This document shows, in pieces, positions 1-12,722 of a stretch of 64,000 nucleotides of DNA (positions are counted from its first letter, which is position 1; the number at the start of each line of letters is the position of its first letter). The position numbers and the translations under genes were made by a program. This DNA is from Anthoceros angustus. Taxonomy: Eukaryota; Plantae; Anthocerotophyta. A model generated the notes under the pieces. The model was not told the origin of the DNA. It ran no database searches and worked only from the letters and a program-made list of their open reading frames with translations. The stretch covers positions 1,612,001 to 1,676,000 of the forward strand of contig MU008160.1 in assembly GCA_010909165.1 (NCBI GenBank), given 5' to 3'.

Positions 1-134
1 CGTCGGTAAAGGAAACTTGCTGTAAAACAGCTTCCTTTCCTGTTCCGGCCTTCCCTGTATAAGGGGAGTACAGGCGATTTGCTTGGTTAGGAAAGGAAGG
101 GATCTCAAGAAAATTTGGTTTGAATTTGTGAGAG

Positions 135-3100
135 ATGGCGAAGGACCAGGATCAGGATGAGGACAGTACTAGTCCAGGCGTGTTGCCGTTCTACTACGAA
201 CCGCAGGAGGAGCAGCAGCAGCAGCAGGATGCTACGTATACACAGGATGGCTCTGCAAGCAGCCAGCCCCGAGCTGTCCATGAAGAATTGGACCAGTCTC
301 CCATCGAGCAAGTGGCGGTCACTGTGCCGACAGTCGATGATCCCGGCCTGCCTGTATGGACGTTCCGGATGTGGGTGCTGGGCTTGGCCTCGTGCCTGGT
401 CCTGTCCTTTGTGAACCAGTTCTTCGGGTACCGGACAGAGCCGCTCATGGTCTCCTCCATCTCTGCGCAGGTGGGTGTTTGGTTTTGGGAAAGGGGCTTT
501 TTCTCTGGTGAATTTGCCATGCAAAGGAAGGATTTGATGGAGGATGGGCATGGCGTGTGCAGATCGTGACGCTCCCGCTGGGAAAGCTGATGGCGGCGGT
601 GCTGCCCGCCCGGGTGTTCCAAGTCCCCTTCACCGGGTGGAAGTTCAGCCTGAATCCGGGGCCCTTCAACGTGAAGGAGCACGTGCTTATCACCATCTTC
701 GCCAACGCCGGGTCCGCCTTCGGAAACGGGAGCGCGTACGGCGTGAGCATCGTGGATATCGTGAAGGCGCTGTACAAGCGCAACATGAGCCTCACGGCGG
801 CCTTCTTCCTGGTCCTTACCACCCAGGCAAGTCATTTACATGCCCAATTTGAAGGCTCCGTCCTCGAGCTTGTTGCAATCACGATTTGGAGTGAGGTCTC
901 GCAGGGAAGATCTCACTCTGATATTGTACAATGCACATGCATTGCCTTGTGCAGACCCTGGGCTATGGTTTTGCAGGGCTCTTGAGAACGTACCTTGTGG
1001 AGAATCCGCACATGTGGTGGCCCAGCAGCCTCGTCCAGGTGCAGCTGTTCCGGTCAGTGTCCATCTTCAGCGTCTCCGCTATGCACAATTTTCGAATCCT
1101 GCTCCTTATCGTTTTCTTTTGTTTCCAGGACATTGCACGAACAAGAGAACGGCAAGGGCCTCAGCCGGCTCAAGTTTTTCCTCATCGCATTGGTATGCAG
1201 CTTCGCATACTACAGTCTTCCCGGCTTCATGTTCCAAATGCTCACATCCCTATCCTGGGTGTGCTGGGCATGGCCACATTCTGTCCCAGCGCAACAAATC
1301 GGTAGGTTAAGTTGCTTGGTGATCCAGGATCGTTAGATCGTTAGGGAGGGGTTTTGTAAGTTGGAAGCTTTGGTGGTGTGTAGGTAGGTACTAAAGGTTG
1401 GATGTAAATGTTACGTAGGATCTGGGATGAAAGGCTTGGGGATAGGGGCCATCGGGCTGGACTGGTCTGCCATCTCTTCCTTCTTGGGCAGCCCATTGGT
1501 GACGCCGTGGTATGCCATAGCCAACGTATTTGTGGGGTACTGCCTCACCATCTACGTTGTGCTTCCCATTGCGTACTGGACCAACCTGTTCCAGGCTAAG
1601 ACTTTCCCCATCTACTCGAGCCGGCTCTTTACAAGGGAGGGGCATCCCTACCCCATCACCTCCATTGTGAACAAGCAATTCGAGTTGGACCAAGCTGCGT
1701 ACAACAGAGTTGGACCTGTTAGGATGTCCACATTCTTTGCCATCAACTACGGGTTTAACTTTGCTGCTCTTGCCGCTACTCTGACGCACGTGATTCTCTT
1801 CCACAGCAGGTAAAGAAGCACTCACCTTTGTCAAGAATGTGTTTCAATACTAGACCAGTGCTGATACTGGTGTCATTGAGACTGACAGAGTGCAACATGT
1901 TGCATGACATGTGAATTCCTGCAGGGAAATATGGCAACGCTTCAAGGCTTCCCGACAGATGAAACCCGACGACATCCACACCCGTCTGATGAGAAAGTAC
2001 CCTGACATTCCCCGTTGGTGGTTCGTTGTCCTGCTCCTGGCCACTCTCGGGGTGTCCATTGTAGTTTACCAAGTATATAAGACAGAGCTACAGCTGCCCT
2101 GGTGGGGCTTGGTGTTTGCCTGTGCGTTTGCTGCATTCTTCACGTTGCCCGTCGGTATCATCGGAGCAACGACAAATCAGGTGAGAGCTAGCTGTACAAT
2201 AGAAGAGAGGAAGACTCGTTTCCGTTCCGGTGCTTGCTGGTGTTGCTGTCGCCGACCTATTTATTTACATGGTCCTACTGGCCTTGTTTTCATCAGTTTA
2301 TAGGACTGAACGTCATCACGGAGTACGTAATGGGGCTGATCATCACGGGCAAACCCATCGCCAATGTCAGCTTCAAAACTTACGGCTACATCAGCATGAC
2401 CCAAGCTTTGGCTTTCTTGCAAGACTTCAAATTGGGCCACTACATGAAGATCCCTCCCCGCAGCATGTTTGCAACGCAGGTATGTATACATCTCCAATCA
2501 TTCCAAGCTGCAGGTCTCGTTAGTCTTGCAATCTCAGAAATTCAGGCACCTGTTTTCCTCTGTTCTTGTCTCTCCGGCTTTGTTGTTGTCTGTCGGGCAT
2601 GCATGTGATGTCTTTTTGCAGGTACTGCAACATGATCTTTGCTAACTGGTGGTGGAACTTGTTGGACGTGATGTGAGCAGTTTATAGGAACAATCGTTGC
2701 TGCATGCGTGAACGTGGGAGTGGCATGGTGGCTACTCAACACAGTGGAGAACATCTGCGACGTAGAGCTTCTGCCTCCCAACAGCCCCTGGACATGCCCG
2801 GGGGATCGGACTTTCTTCTCAGCATCCGTGATATGGGGACTAGTAGGACCCATGAAGATATTCATCAAGGGCCACTACCACGTGCTCAACTGGTTCTTCT
2901 TGCTGGGAGCTCTGGCTCCCGTGCCCATATGGGTGGCCTCCAAGCTGCTGCCTAACGCCAAGTGGGTGCACCTCATCAACATCCCCGTTCTGCTGGGAGC
3001 TACAGGCATGATGCCGCCTGCCACCAGCGTGAACTACACCTCCTGGTTCGCTGTGGGCGTTATCTTCAGCTTCTACGTCTTCAGGTACTACAAGCCATGG

Positions 3101-3292
3101 TGGAGACGTTACAACTACGTCCTGTCGGCAGCTCTGGATGCAGGAGTGGCGTTCATGGGCGTGGCTCTCTACTTCAGTCTGCAGATGAAAGACAGGAATC
3201 TCAATTGGTGGGGCAACAATCTCGACAACTGCCCTCTGGCAAGTTGCCCCACGGCGCCGGGTGTGAACGTCACTGGGTGCCCAATATTTTAG
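135..3292 (+). CDS. OPT: Oligopeptide transporter (OPT family, PT clade), 8 exons
   Basis: Exons 135-470, 563-826, 955-1052, 1129-1301, 1419-1809, 1925-2180, 2297-2479 and 2681-3292 join in frame. Motifs: [73 protein letters not shown]. Intron 2 is GC-AG. Confidence 0.95.
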
Positions 3293-3327
3293 GTTTCCGA
3301 GGAGCCTCCCAACCATCTGTATCAACA

Positions 3328-3461
3328 TAACAAAGTTCCCCTGTAAAGCAAGCTTGAATGAAATCTTCCCTGATTGAAAGAATGAACATGGCAGTAACAA
3401 AGTTCCCCTGTAAAGCAAGCTCGAATGAAATCTTCCCTGATAGAAAGAATGAACATGGCAG
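3328..3461. repeat. 67-bp tandem duplication (2 copies) just downstream of the OPT stop
   Basis: TAACAAAGTTCCCCTGTAAAGCAAGC...GAACATGGCAG occurs at 3328-3394 and 3395-3461 with 2 mismatches. Confidence 0.9.
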
Positions 3462-4704
3462 AGAAATCGATTATGTGGTTTAGATTTTTAATTATTGGTA
3501 AAATTTTAAGTATGAACTTAGTTTACTCTTAGAGTTAGAAAGTAACTGAGAGCATTCTCATTCGTCTCATTATCTTTTCCCAGGGCAATAAAAACATAGA
3601 ATGAACTTAGGAGTTATCTTTTGTCTACGTGCTCATGCCTCTAACAATAGCTCTACTAGGTTTACACTCACTTATGTCTCCAAACAACCAAGTCTATGAA
3701 GTTCACAATTCATATTTGGGTAATCACATCTCCAAGCAATTAGTGTAGACCCAGAGCACAACACAAACAATTCCAAATCCATAGTTTACAACAAGTCTGG
3801 GCGGTGTAGTTGCTTATCACACTAATCCCTCACATTCAAGGTTTCTTGAAACCTAGGCTTAGACATGAATGCTAATGATTACAAGATTTTTTTTCATTTG
3901 CTTTTGGTGTAAGTTTTCTCGTACCTTTAGTGAATACATCGAGACCAGCTAGGAGAACCTGGAGACCTAGGACTTGGAGATCAATACATTAACGGCCCAT
4001 TGCAGGCATGGATCATCCTTTGAGCCCTTTATTGTAAGATCCTTGGCTGCTCTCAGTAGTCCATAAAAAATAGTGCTCCAAACTGATTAAAATCCTTACA
4101 ACAAGGTCTGCAAGACAACACAATGAAGGGTCTTACAACAAAGGCCGAAGTGCTTCCCAATATGCAGGCCATCTAAGGGCCAAGAGTAGTGAGAGGAGGA
4201 TGACACCCCATCCCATAGTGATAAGGTCCGGAGTCATTTAATCAGAAAGTTCCATTAAACTCATCCTTGGATGTCATTCGTGAAAGAAGGATTAGTATGA
4301 AAATTTTGTTTCGAGGGAAAAGTTATCACTTAGGGAACATTTGAAAAAATAATAAAAAAATTAATATTTCATTCTTATTCTGTTAGCAAGCAGGAATGGT
4401 AAACCCCGAAAGGTCTTCTTCTTTGCAAGCACATAAGATGGCTCTAAGATATTATATGTCACAGCAGCTCCTTCTCCTTCCTCACATATCTCATGTGTAG
4501 ATTTTTCTTCTTGATATGTTCACCGAGACATAGTGATACATGTTTATTCAATGGATCCAAGCTCTGACGTGGTAGTCTATATAATACATCGGATGCAGAC
4601 GCTGTGGAAGTATGCCAATGTACACGAGCATGGCAGGAGACTCCATGCACTTGAAAGTTCTAACGTCTACTATGGTACACAAAAATTGGCGAGTCAGATT
4701 TCGA

Positions 4705-7590
4705 CTACCATCCAGAGAAATCCTTGAATTCTACTCCTGCAGCTTCGGCTTTCCGCTTCTTGCTGATTATGTTGTCCTCTAAGCTGGAGGCGCCAACATC
4801 TTTCACCACCTGCCTTGCCTTCAGGTATTTGCCAACACCGTTACCATTCGCTACAAGAGATACGCCTGATCCTGGATTGCTGAACCATGAGCCCACCTTT
4901 TCCTGTGAGATTGAGAAAGTCTGTTAGCCACCACCTATGCTCAGTGTCAAAGGAAAAGGATGGATGGTACTCACATCCTCCGCAAGTTCCTGAGGAGTTT
5001 TGACTGGCTTGCTCTTCTCCCGTTCCTCCTCTTCGCCTAGCTCTGCATATGGGTTGACGAAAATGGAAACACGCAGGATCTTAATCTCCTCCTGCCACAA
5101 TCTCAAAATGATACAGTTTCGCAAATGTCAGGGAATGACTGCATGGACAACAGCGCTCAATCTCTCATTTAGCCAGATAAACATAGCCAAGGGCGAGAAA
5201 CAGGAGTCTGCCGTTTAAGAGATTACCAATGGCCTGTCGTCATCATCAACAGGGACTTTTTCCATGGCTGCTAGTGTCTCTAAGCCTCCGACAACTTTCC
5301 CAAATATTGTGTGTTTGTAGTTGAGATGCTGAGCTGACTTGTACAAAATAAAGAACTGAGACCCATTTGTATGTGGTCCACTGTTGGCCATGCTAACAAC
5401 ACCCCTTCCTGAATGTATGAGCTTCGAGTTCAGCTCATCTTTGAAAGGCTTTCCCCAAATGGACTCCCCACCTTTGCCTGTCCCAGTTGGATCACCCCCT
5501 TGAATCATAAAATTCCTACAGAAGACAATGACTTCATGTCACATATGGCACTCCACCTCACTGACATACAAAAACAAGCTGAGGGCTGTGGAAACAAGGA
5601 AACCTGATATTCCGGTGGAAAGCAATGCCATCATAATAGCCCTTCTCACAGAGGGTGATAAAGTTCTCACATGCTCGGGGTGTTATATCACAATGGAGTT
5701 CAATGTTGAGGTCTCCATGTGTGGAATGCAATCGGACATACCCTTTCTTTGTAGGGTTCTTCTCAGCTTTCACATACTCAAAATCATTAGTTGTGACTGG
5801 GTCATAGGAGGTGGAAGTAAAGGATCGAGATGCTGCCCCGGTGGTGTACTTGCTTTTGACCTGTGTAGAGGACTCACAGGGTGTAAGTCGCAAAACAAGT
5901 TGTGGAGGAAAGTATCTTCTAAATGGCTGCAAGGTCACAGTGCAATAGCCTACCAGCTTAGTGTTCACAGGAACTAGTTCTCCCTGTGCATGGAGAGCTA
6001 CACGAGCAGCTGTATTCTCAGGTGTCCCGGCTTTAGCAGCCGCTGCACTCCTTCCATGAACTGAGGCTGATGCGGCATCAACCACACTCATGGCTGGTGG
6101 CTTGCCAGGCTTGGATTTAGTGGCTGCTTCCATTTTAGCTGCCCGCTCTCTTGTTTCATCCAAAGCTGCTACTGCAGCAGCTCTTTCTCGTTGGGCCTTC
6201 CCACCACCTCCACCATTCAAGGCAGCCTCTTTGCCTTTGTCGGTTCCAAGTTCGTGCACCATGCGCTTGATATCATCTGACATGTTGATGTTGTACGTGG
6301 GATCTTCCTGCAGCTTTCTCAACTCTGTAGTTAAAATGAGCTCACATTAACATGAGAATGATCACCCACATGGCCCCACGGCCCAATATTGAACCTCCAC
6401 ATCACGGCAGTTTGCTGAAAGCATACCTTCATCATCAAGTTTAAGCTCACGCTTCACATGGTCAAAATCTGTTAGAAGCTTGGCATCCAGGTTATTGGGA
6501 TCCTGTCACAACAGATGAATATCAAAATTCGGTTCAAACGCCAGCTGGCCCTTCAGCCTCACAGGACCTGGGAAACATCCAGTACCATAAACCTACAAGA
6601 AGCCACAAATCATAGCCAATATTGCAGGCTCTGCAAGGCAAAGTTTGCCTCGCCTGAGAGATTGTCAGCCTGCCGTTGTTTCAGAGTTAAAAGCTGACCT
6701 GAATGGTGATGACATCCTCTCTACAAAATGGCTCATCGGAAAGCAGTTCCTTCCAATTTTTGGTCTTAATATTGAGCTCACGAACCGCCTGCATCCCAGA
6801 TCCCATCACAGGTCACCACACTGCGTTGCATGTGATACAACTCATGCAGGAAAACAAGGAAGCTCAATTGAACTGAGAAAGACGAAATCTAACCTCGTAA
6901 CAAAATACATTGCCAGTTGTCTTCACAGCCACGATATGGGTGAACTCGGTGAAAACCTTGTTGAGCACTGGACACTGATATTCTCCTGAAGACGGGCACG
7001 TTTGCAAAGGGAACGTCACTACTGAGCCAGCAATCTAACATCGAAGCAGCTTACCGACTTTCAAAACCCATCAGTCACCTCCAGAAACCATACCATCCGA
7101 ATTTTTGTGGAATCGCAGCTTAATGAGATCCTTCACAGACAACGGTGCCCCAGAAACTGGATTTATTCCATACTTCTGAATGTACGGCACGATGTTCCTA
7201 CACAGAACACAAGCCCAACTCCTCATCGCATGTTGTGTCCTCTCATCACATTAAATCAAATCACATCTCCACTCAAACTTTCACATCCTCATCTTGCATC
7301 CCTCCCACTTACATAATCTCAAAAACATGTCCCTCTGCTGTTCCCACGGGGTCTTCAAACGGGGTAAAAGTCAGCCTGCAGCACCATCCACTGTCGGGTC
7401 AGCAGCAAGCACCCAGGAACATGAAAAGCGACCAAAGCCAAAATTCCGCAACACCAACGTACGCGCAGCAGTAGAAGGGCAGTTGCTTGAAGGGCACTCG
7501 CAAATCCCGATTTTTTGCACCGCCCCACTCTGTAGCCCACTCCGAGCGGGTGATGAACATGCGATCCTTGCTGTGCTGCTTCTTCCCCAT
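4705..7590 (-). CDS. CYP65: U-box/RING cyclophilin (CYP65/PPIL2-like), multi-exon
   Basis: N-terminus [26 protein letters not shown] (ATG at 7590). Cyclophilin motifs [53 protein letters not shown] and [17 protein letters not shown]-terminus EFKDFSGW with stop at 4705. Confidence 0.93.
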
Positions 7591-8295
7591 GGTGAAGCTC
7601 CAGCCACCCAGGCAGGGCACCGACGCCTGCTTAGTCCCTCGGAGACGTCTGTCGGACAAACCCACCCACCAACAGCAGCTCGGTTGCCTTCAACTGAAGG
7701 TATCACGTTCAATCCCCTCTTGTCGGGAACATTCTTGCTTTCATGTCATTGAATATGAACAACCTAGTTCCTCAGCTTCCCAATTTGCCTCTTTACAAAT
7801 ACGGGCTGAAATGTGTCGCGTTGCCCGAGCTGGCCCGAGGCGTCGACGCTAAAGTCTCTAAGAGTCTTTCACAACCCTTTTTCATTTTTGCGCATTCTTT
7901 GGGTGTCTCTACGTCTCCGATAGCAACAAGAGGAGCTGATTATCTTCCAGTATACCAACAAGAGGAGCTGATGTATTTTCTAGTATAGCAACAAGGCCGA
8001 TTTCTAGGGACCAAAGTCCCTCGGATCCCTTACACCCGCTTTCACACACACACACAAAGGGCGCTACACTCACATGATTCCCACAATGGAGCTCTGTTTC
8101 GTCTTGTGCACACTTCCACCGACAGCACCGGTTTAGATTCTCTTCGATCCACAACAATCTTCACAGTTAGTTCCCCAATTAGTTCTCCGTCTCAGCTTCT
8201 TTCTATGGCCTCACACCTCGCATCGTGTACAGTGTTCAGTCACTCCTTCACCCAATCTTCTTTCTCTCTCTCGATTCGCCCCGCAGGCTTCCACC

Positions 8296-8320
8296 CACAC
8301 ACACACACACTCTCTCTCTC
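8296..8320. repeat. Compound (CA)n(CT)n microsatellite
   Basis: cacacacacacacactctctctctc read directly. Confidence 0.85.
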
Positions 8321-9049
8321 AATTTCGGAACACAACCAACGGGCAAAGGGTAAGGGAAAGAGGAATTCCTGGGCGTCACAGCAGGCGTTACGAGCAAGCT
8401 CCAGACCCGCCCCGTGCCAATCCCTCGATTTCCTCCTCCGTTGTCAGAGTGGTATAGTGAGTATGGCGATTTCTCAAGAGGTGTGAAACACAAAAGTTTA
8501 GGCCCCTTTAATTTTTTTATTAGAGTTGACAAAACATCGATCAAAACGGACTCGAAAAAGTGCCAAAAGAATCTGTTAGTATTCCTTTATGGAAGCTTAG
8601 ATGCAAGTGAGTGCAAATAAAGATCTAGGTAGAGCCAGATAACTTACATGCAGGAAGGGAGCTGCATGTAGGGAGGAAAGCTAGCATGAAATGATGTGGG
8701 GGAGGCATCAATTACACAAGGGAAAGACGAGTAGGAAGGGTGTGTTGTTCTATGGATGGTATAGGGCAGTAGTTGGCCCTACCAGAATGGAGTGGGGCTC
8801 CTTACATGGACAGTTTAAGCAAGCGCATAGGATGTCAAAAGCTAGTCCTACAGACTTAGGGTGATAAGGGTGACCCTACATAGATAGGTCCTTCACGCAC
8901 GCCTCCTTTACCTGCAACACACATTTCTCCTACCCGCCAGCCACTTCCCACTATCGTTTCAAAAAGGAATGTTGCAGACATATATAATTAGGTAGTAGGA
9001 ACTCACTACTTCATGGCTGGAGTAGTGAGTTCAACCCTAAGCTGCCACC

Positions 9050-9545
9050 GCAGTCTTCCAACATGGCCACCGTCCTCCCACACCGCCGCCCTCGCACCTC
9101 CTCCCATACCATTGCACACCCCTCTCCTCCCACACCGCCGCCCTCCCACCTCCTCCCATACCATTGCACACCCCTCTCCTCCCACACCGCCATCCTCGAA
9201 CCTCCTCCCATGCAGTCTTTCAACATTGCCACCGTCCTCCCACGCTGCCGTCCTCCCACCTCCTCCCATACGACTGCACACCCCTCTCCTCCCACACCGC
9301 CATCCTCTTACCTCCTCCCATGCAGTCTTCCAACACTGCCACCGTCCTCCCACACCGCCACCCTTCCACCTCCTCCCATACTACTGCACACCCCTCTCCT
9401 CCCACACCGCCATCCTCCTACCTCCTCCCATATCGCCACCCTCCCACCTCCTCCTATACCACTGCACATCCCTCTCCTCCCACACCGCCATCCTCCTACC
9501 TCCTCCCATATCGCCACCCTCCCACCTCCTCCCACACCGCCACAA
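9050..9545. repeat. C-rich minisatellite, about 10 units of roughly 36-58 bp with alternating subtypes
   Basis: Recurrent core CCTCCCACACCGCC...CCTCCTCCCATA, followed by either ..TGCACACCCCTCT or GCAGTCTT..CACCGT. Confidence 0.85.
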
Positions 9546-9892
9546 ACCCTGCCTCCCACATCACCACCAACTTCCTCATTCTCCTACATCATCACTAACT
9601 TCCTCATTCTCCCATACCACCACCAACTTCCCCATTCTCCCATACCTTCTCTCATCTACCCTAAACACCACCATGCATAAACACAAGCAACCTCGCCCTG
9701 ATCTCGCGCTCCACTTCCACAATATGAAGCACATAAGCCACAACTAAACCCACGAACCACACTAAAACCCAAATTCGAGATATTTTAAGGTGTATGTGAA
9801 ACGGATTAAACAAACCCCCGTTTTTACCATAATCTACTTAACAAGTTATCACTCCCATTTTATGATGGAAGTGCTACACCTTAGTGTGCATA

Positions 9893-10174
9893 GGTTCATC
9901 AACTGAAGCGGAGTATAATGCCCTGTCATTAGCAGCCAGGGAGATACGTTGGATTCGTCAGTTCCTCATGGAAATCCACATCCAGCAGACTACACCAACT
10001 AACCTACTGTGCGATAACCAATCGGCAACAGCCCTATCTGCTAATCCAATTCTACATGCCTGCTCCAAACACATCGAAATACAATTCCATTATATAGGCA
10101 GGTGATAGAGCAGAAAATCATAGCTTAGCTATGTTCCTATGGCCAAGAATGTTGCAAACCTGTTAACAAAGGGG
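9893..10174 (+). mobile_element. Ty1/copia RNase H remnant
   Basis: SSTEAEYNALSLAAREIRWIRQF..LCDNQSATALSANPILHACSKHIEIQFHY..LLTKG. Closely parallels the copia RNase H at 53314-53745, but is frameshifted after FHYI. Confidence 0.9.
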
Positions 10175-10399
10175 TAATTTTACTCTCCAATCTCCTTTGG
10201 CTGGTTGGCCTTAAAAGGCCAAGCTCCCTTGGAAGGTCTCATTCCTCTCCTTGGGACTTGGGCATCCTCTTCTTCTTGGCCTCAAGCCTTAGGACTTGGA
10301 CCTCTCCTTGTACCTTTGGTCCCCTCTTTCGGACTCAAGCCTTGGGACTTAGGCCTCTTTAGGTGACTCTCTCTTGCCCCAAGCATTGGGCTTTAAATT

Positions 10400-11370
10400 A
10401 AAGGGTCCTTTGTCTATTTGACTTATGAGCTAAGCATAGCCTAACATCATCTTAGCATGCGTAGCATCTCCTTAGCAAGCCTAGCATCGCCTAGCACACT
10501 TAGCTTACTCGCGCGCCTAACAAGCCTAGCATACTAAGCCTTGCGAGGCCTGGTATCACCTAACTTGCCTAACAAGCTTATTAATCCTAGCACGACTATC
10601 TAACGTACACAAGAGATCGTAGCTTGTAACAATAAGAGAGAGTAGCTTGCACGTCGTGGCACAAACATACTCTCCCCACAAGAACAACCACAAATTCCTC
10701 ACACATTGCTCTTAGAGTATATACTAGCCCTTGGCATTGGCATATTCCTAAGATATCCTATTGGCATCAGCATATGCCGGAAATATCCTAAGAATACACT
10801 ACAATATGCAAGAAATATGCTAAAGCATATTACTTGTGCTTATCCACTTAGCTGTTGCTAACCATGTTTAATTAACACTAATAAATGCTTAATTAAATTA
10901 ATTATATTAGATTAATCAATTAATAATTACTTACTTAAAGATAAGTAATTAGATTAGCGAATGCTAACCATATACTAAACCCAAGTGCAGAGATTAGTGT
11001 CACATGCGTGACAGGGAGCTCTGGGTGAAGACGGAGATGATGGCCTCAGCGCAGCTGCTTGAGCACAAGTGGCAGAAGGAATATCGGGTCCTGCAAGGGC
11101 AAGTCGAGGAGGCCATCCAGCAGGTCGACTCGGTCTTCGCGTACTACCATGCAGAGTTGTTGAAGGTACAAGGCAAGGAGGTCATCCAGCAAGTCGACTC
11201 GTACTTCGTGTACTGCATGGGTCGACTCGTACTTCGTGTACTACCATGCAGAGTTGCTGAAGGCGCAAGGCGAGGAGGCCATCCAGCAGGTCGACCATGT
11301 AGAGTTGCTGAAGGCGAGGAGGCCATCCAGCAGGTTGACTTGGACTGCAAAGTTGCTGAAGGCTGTTAGC
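10400..11370. mobile_element. Probable decayed retroelement sequence (CTAGC-rich short repeats, AT-rich stretch, 69-bp repeat ORF)
   Basis: Many (C/T)TAGCA(T/A) motifs at 10425-10600. Repeated ggccatccagcaggtcgac..catgcagagttgctgaagg at 11100-11340. It adjoins the copia remnant. No diagnostic protein motif. Confidence 0.4.
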
Positions 11371-12722
11371 GCTGTCCGCATGCCTGAGGAAACTTCGGGT
11401 TCGGAGGAAGGATCCGAGGAGCCTACAAGAGGGGTTCCGATTAGGGACATAGTGTTGTATTCTTTCTAGTCGCCAAGTGCGGGCGTGATAAGAAAAGTCC
11501 GAGCAGGATGTGTCGAAGTATGTAGAAACTCATTTAGTAGCAGTGGAAACCATTTACCGTTGCACGACCGATATACCGCAGTCTACTTCCGTAATCTACC
11601 AGGCCAGAATGCAAGTTGTAGAGGCTCCTTCCAGTAGTTGTGGAAGTCACCTGCCGTTGCCAGACTTATGCATCTCCGTGAGGCCGACATGCACGGGGCT
11701 TAGATGCGAGGCCCGTGCGTTCCAGTACGCATTCTCGTAAGTGGGTCTGAAGGAAAAGGAAGGTTCTGATCTGGTCCAATGAGATTAAGTAGGGGTGTGG
11801 GGAGTACGAGGGGTCCGTGAATTGAGCAATATGGGCCCATGAAGCTGTTGCAGAGGTTCTTACAGCAGAGCTGTGGAAATCGTATGTGGGATGAGGTGCA
11901 GGAGCCGGTGGGCCCCTTCCTTTCCTGGATGATGATATACAAATATGGTCATGGCAGCCGGTGCGTCGTGTGAGCACGTCCCCTTGGATCAGCTCCACTC
12001 TCCACGCCCATCCCCTTTTAGTCTCCAGGGGTCCCATGCCAGAGCTGCTGGAGCGCGGTGTATCCTGGCACTTCGTGGATGTCAGCTGACTTTCTGTGGG
12101 TTGCAACCGCTCGTTACTGTGCCTTGGCTGTGGGCTACCCTCTCTCTGCTGGGCGTCATGGCTGCTTCACGGGATCTCTGTCACACAGTGGCTGTCTCGT
12201 TGGCTGCCTTGATGGACTGTGGATCGGTCCGGCTAGATCTCCAGCCTCGCTATTCCTATTTGGTGTCGTTCTGCCCTGCTCCACCGGCCCAGCTCACGAT
12301 AGCTGGCCAGACAGATGCTTGGTCCTCGCACCCGCTTCCTCCTCCAAGTCCCCACATCACCGCCTGTTTGCTCCACCAGCTGCCTCAATGTCCCCACATC
12401 CGACCCTGCAATGATAATTCTCTAGCGGTATCTTGATTTTGATGCATACAGGTTGGATGATGGGAGCCCATAATAGGTCTCCTACTGGAATGCTAGACTT
12501 TTCCCACGACTTTCACCACAGGCTGTGCCCATCGGTGAAGTGAACTAAGGGCTTACCGAACTCCGGGGGAATTGGGATCCAGTCTTCTTTCACATTTAGA
12601 TCTTCGTCATATTCCTCGTCCTTCTGCTGAGTCCTTTGAAGAGAAGGGGTATTTGTCATAGCAGACGGCGGTTCTGCTTACAATACCGGTGGCAGTGAAT
12701 GCTCTGATCTGTCGAGCATCAA

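Noticed and set aside
9013-9747. Pro/His-rich ORFs that look like extensin or arabinogalactan proteins
   Set aside because: All three + frames and several - frames are open because the C-rich repeat lacks stop codons. There is no signal peptide, and unit lengths are not multiples of 3.
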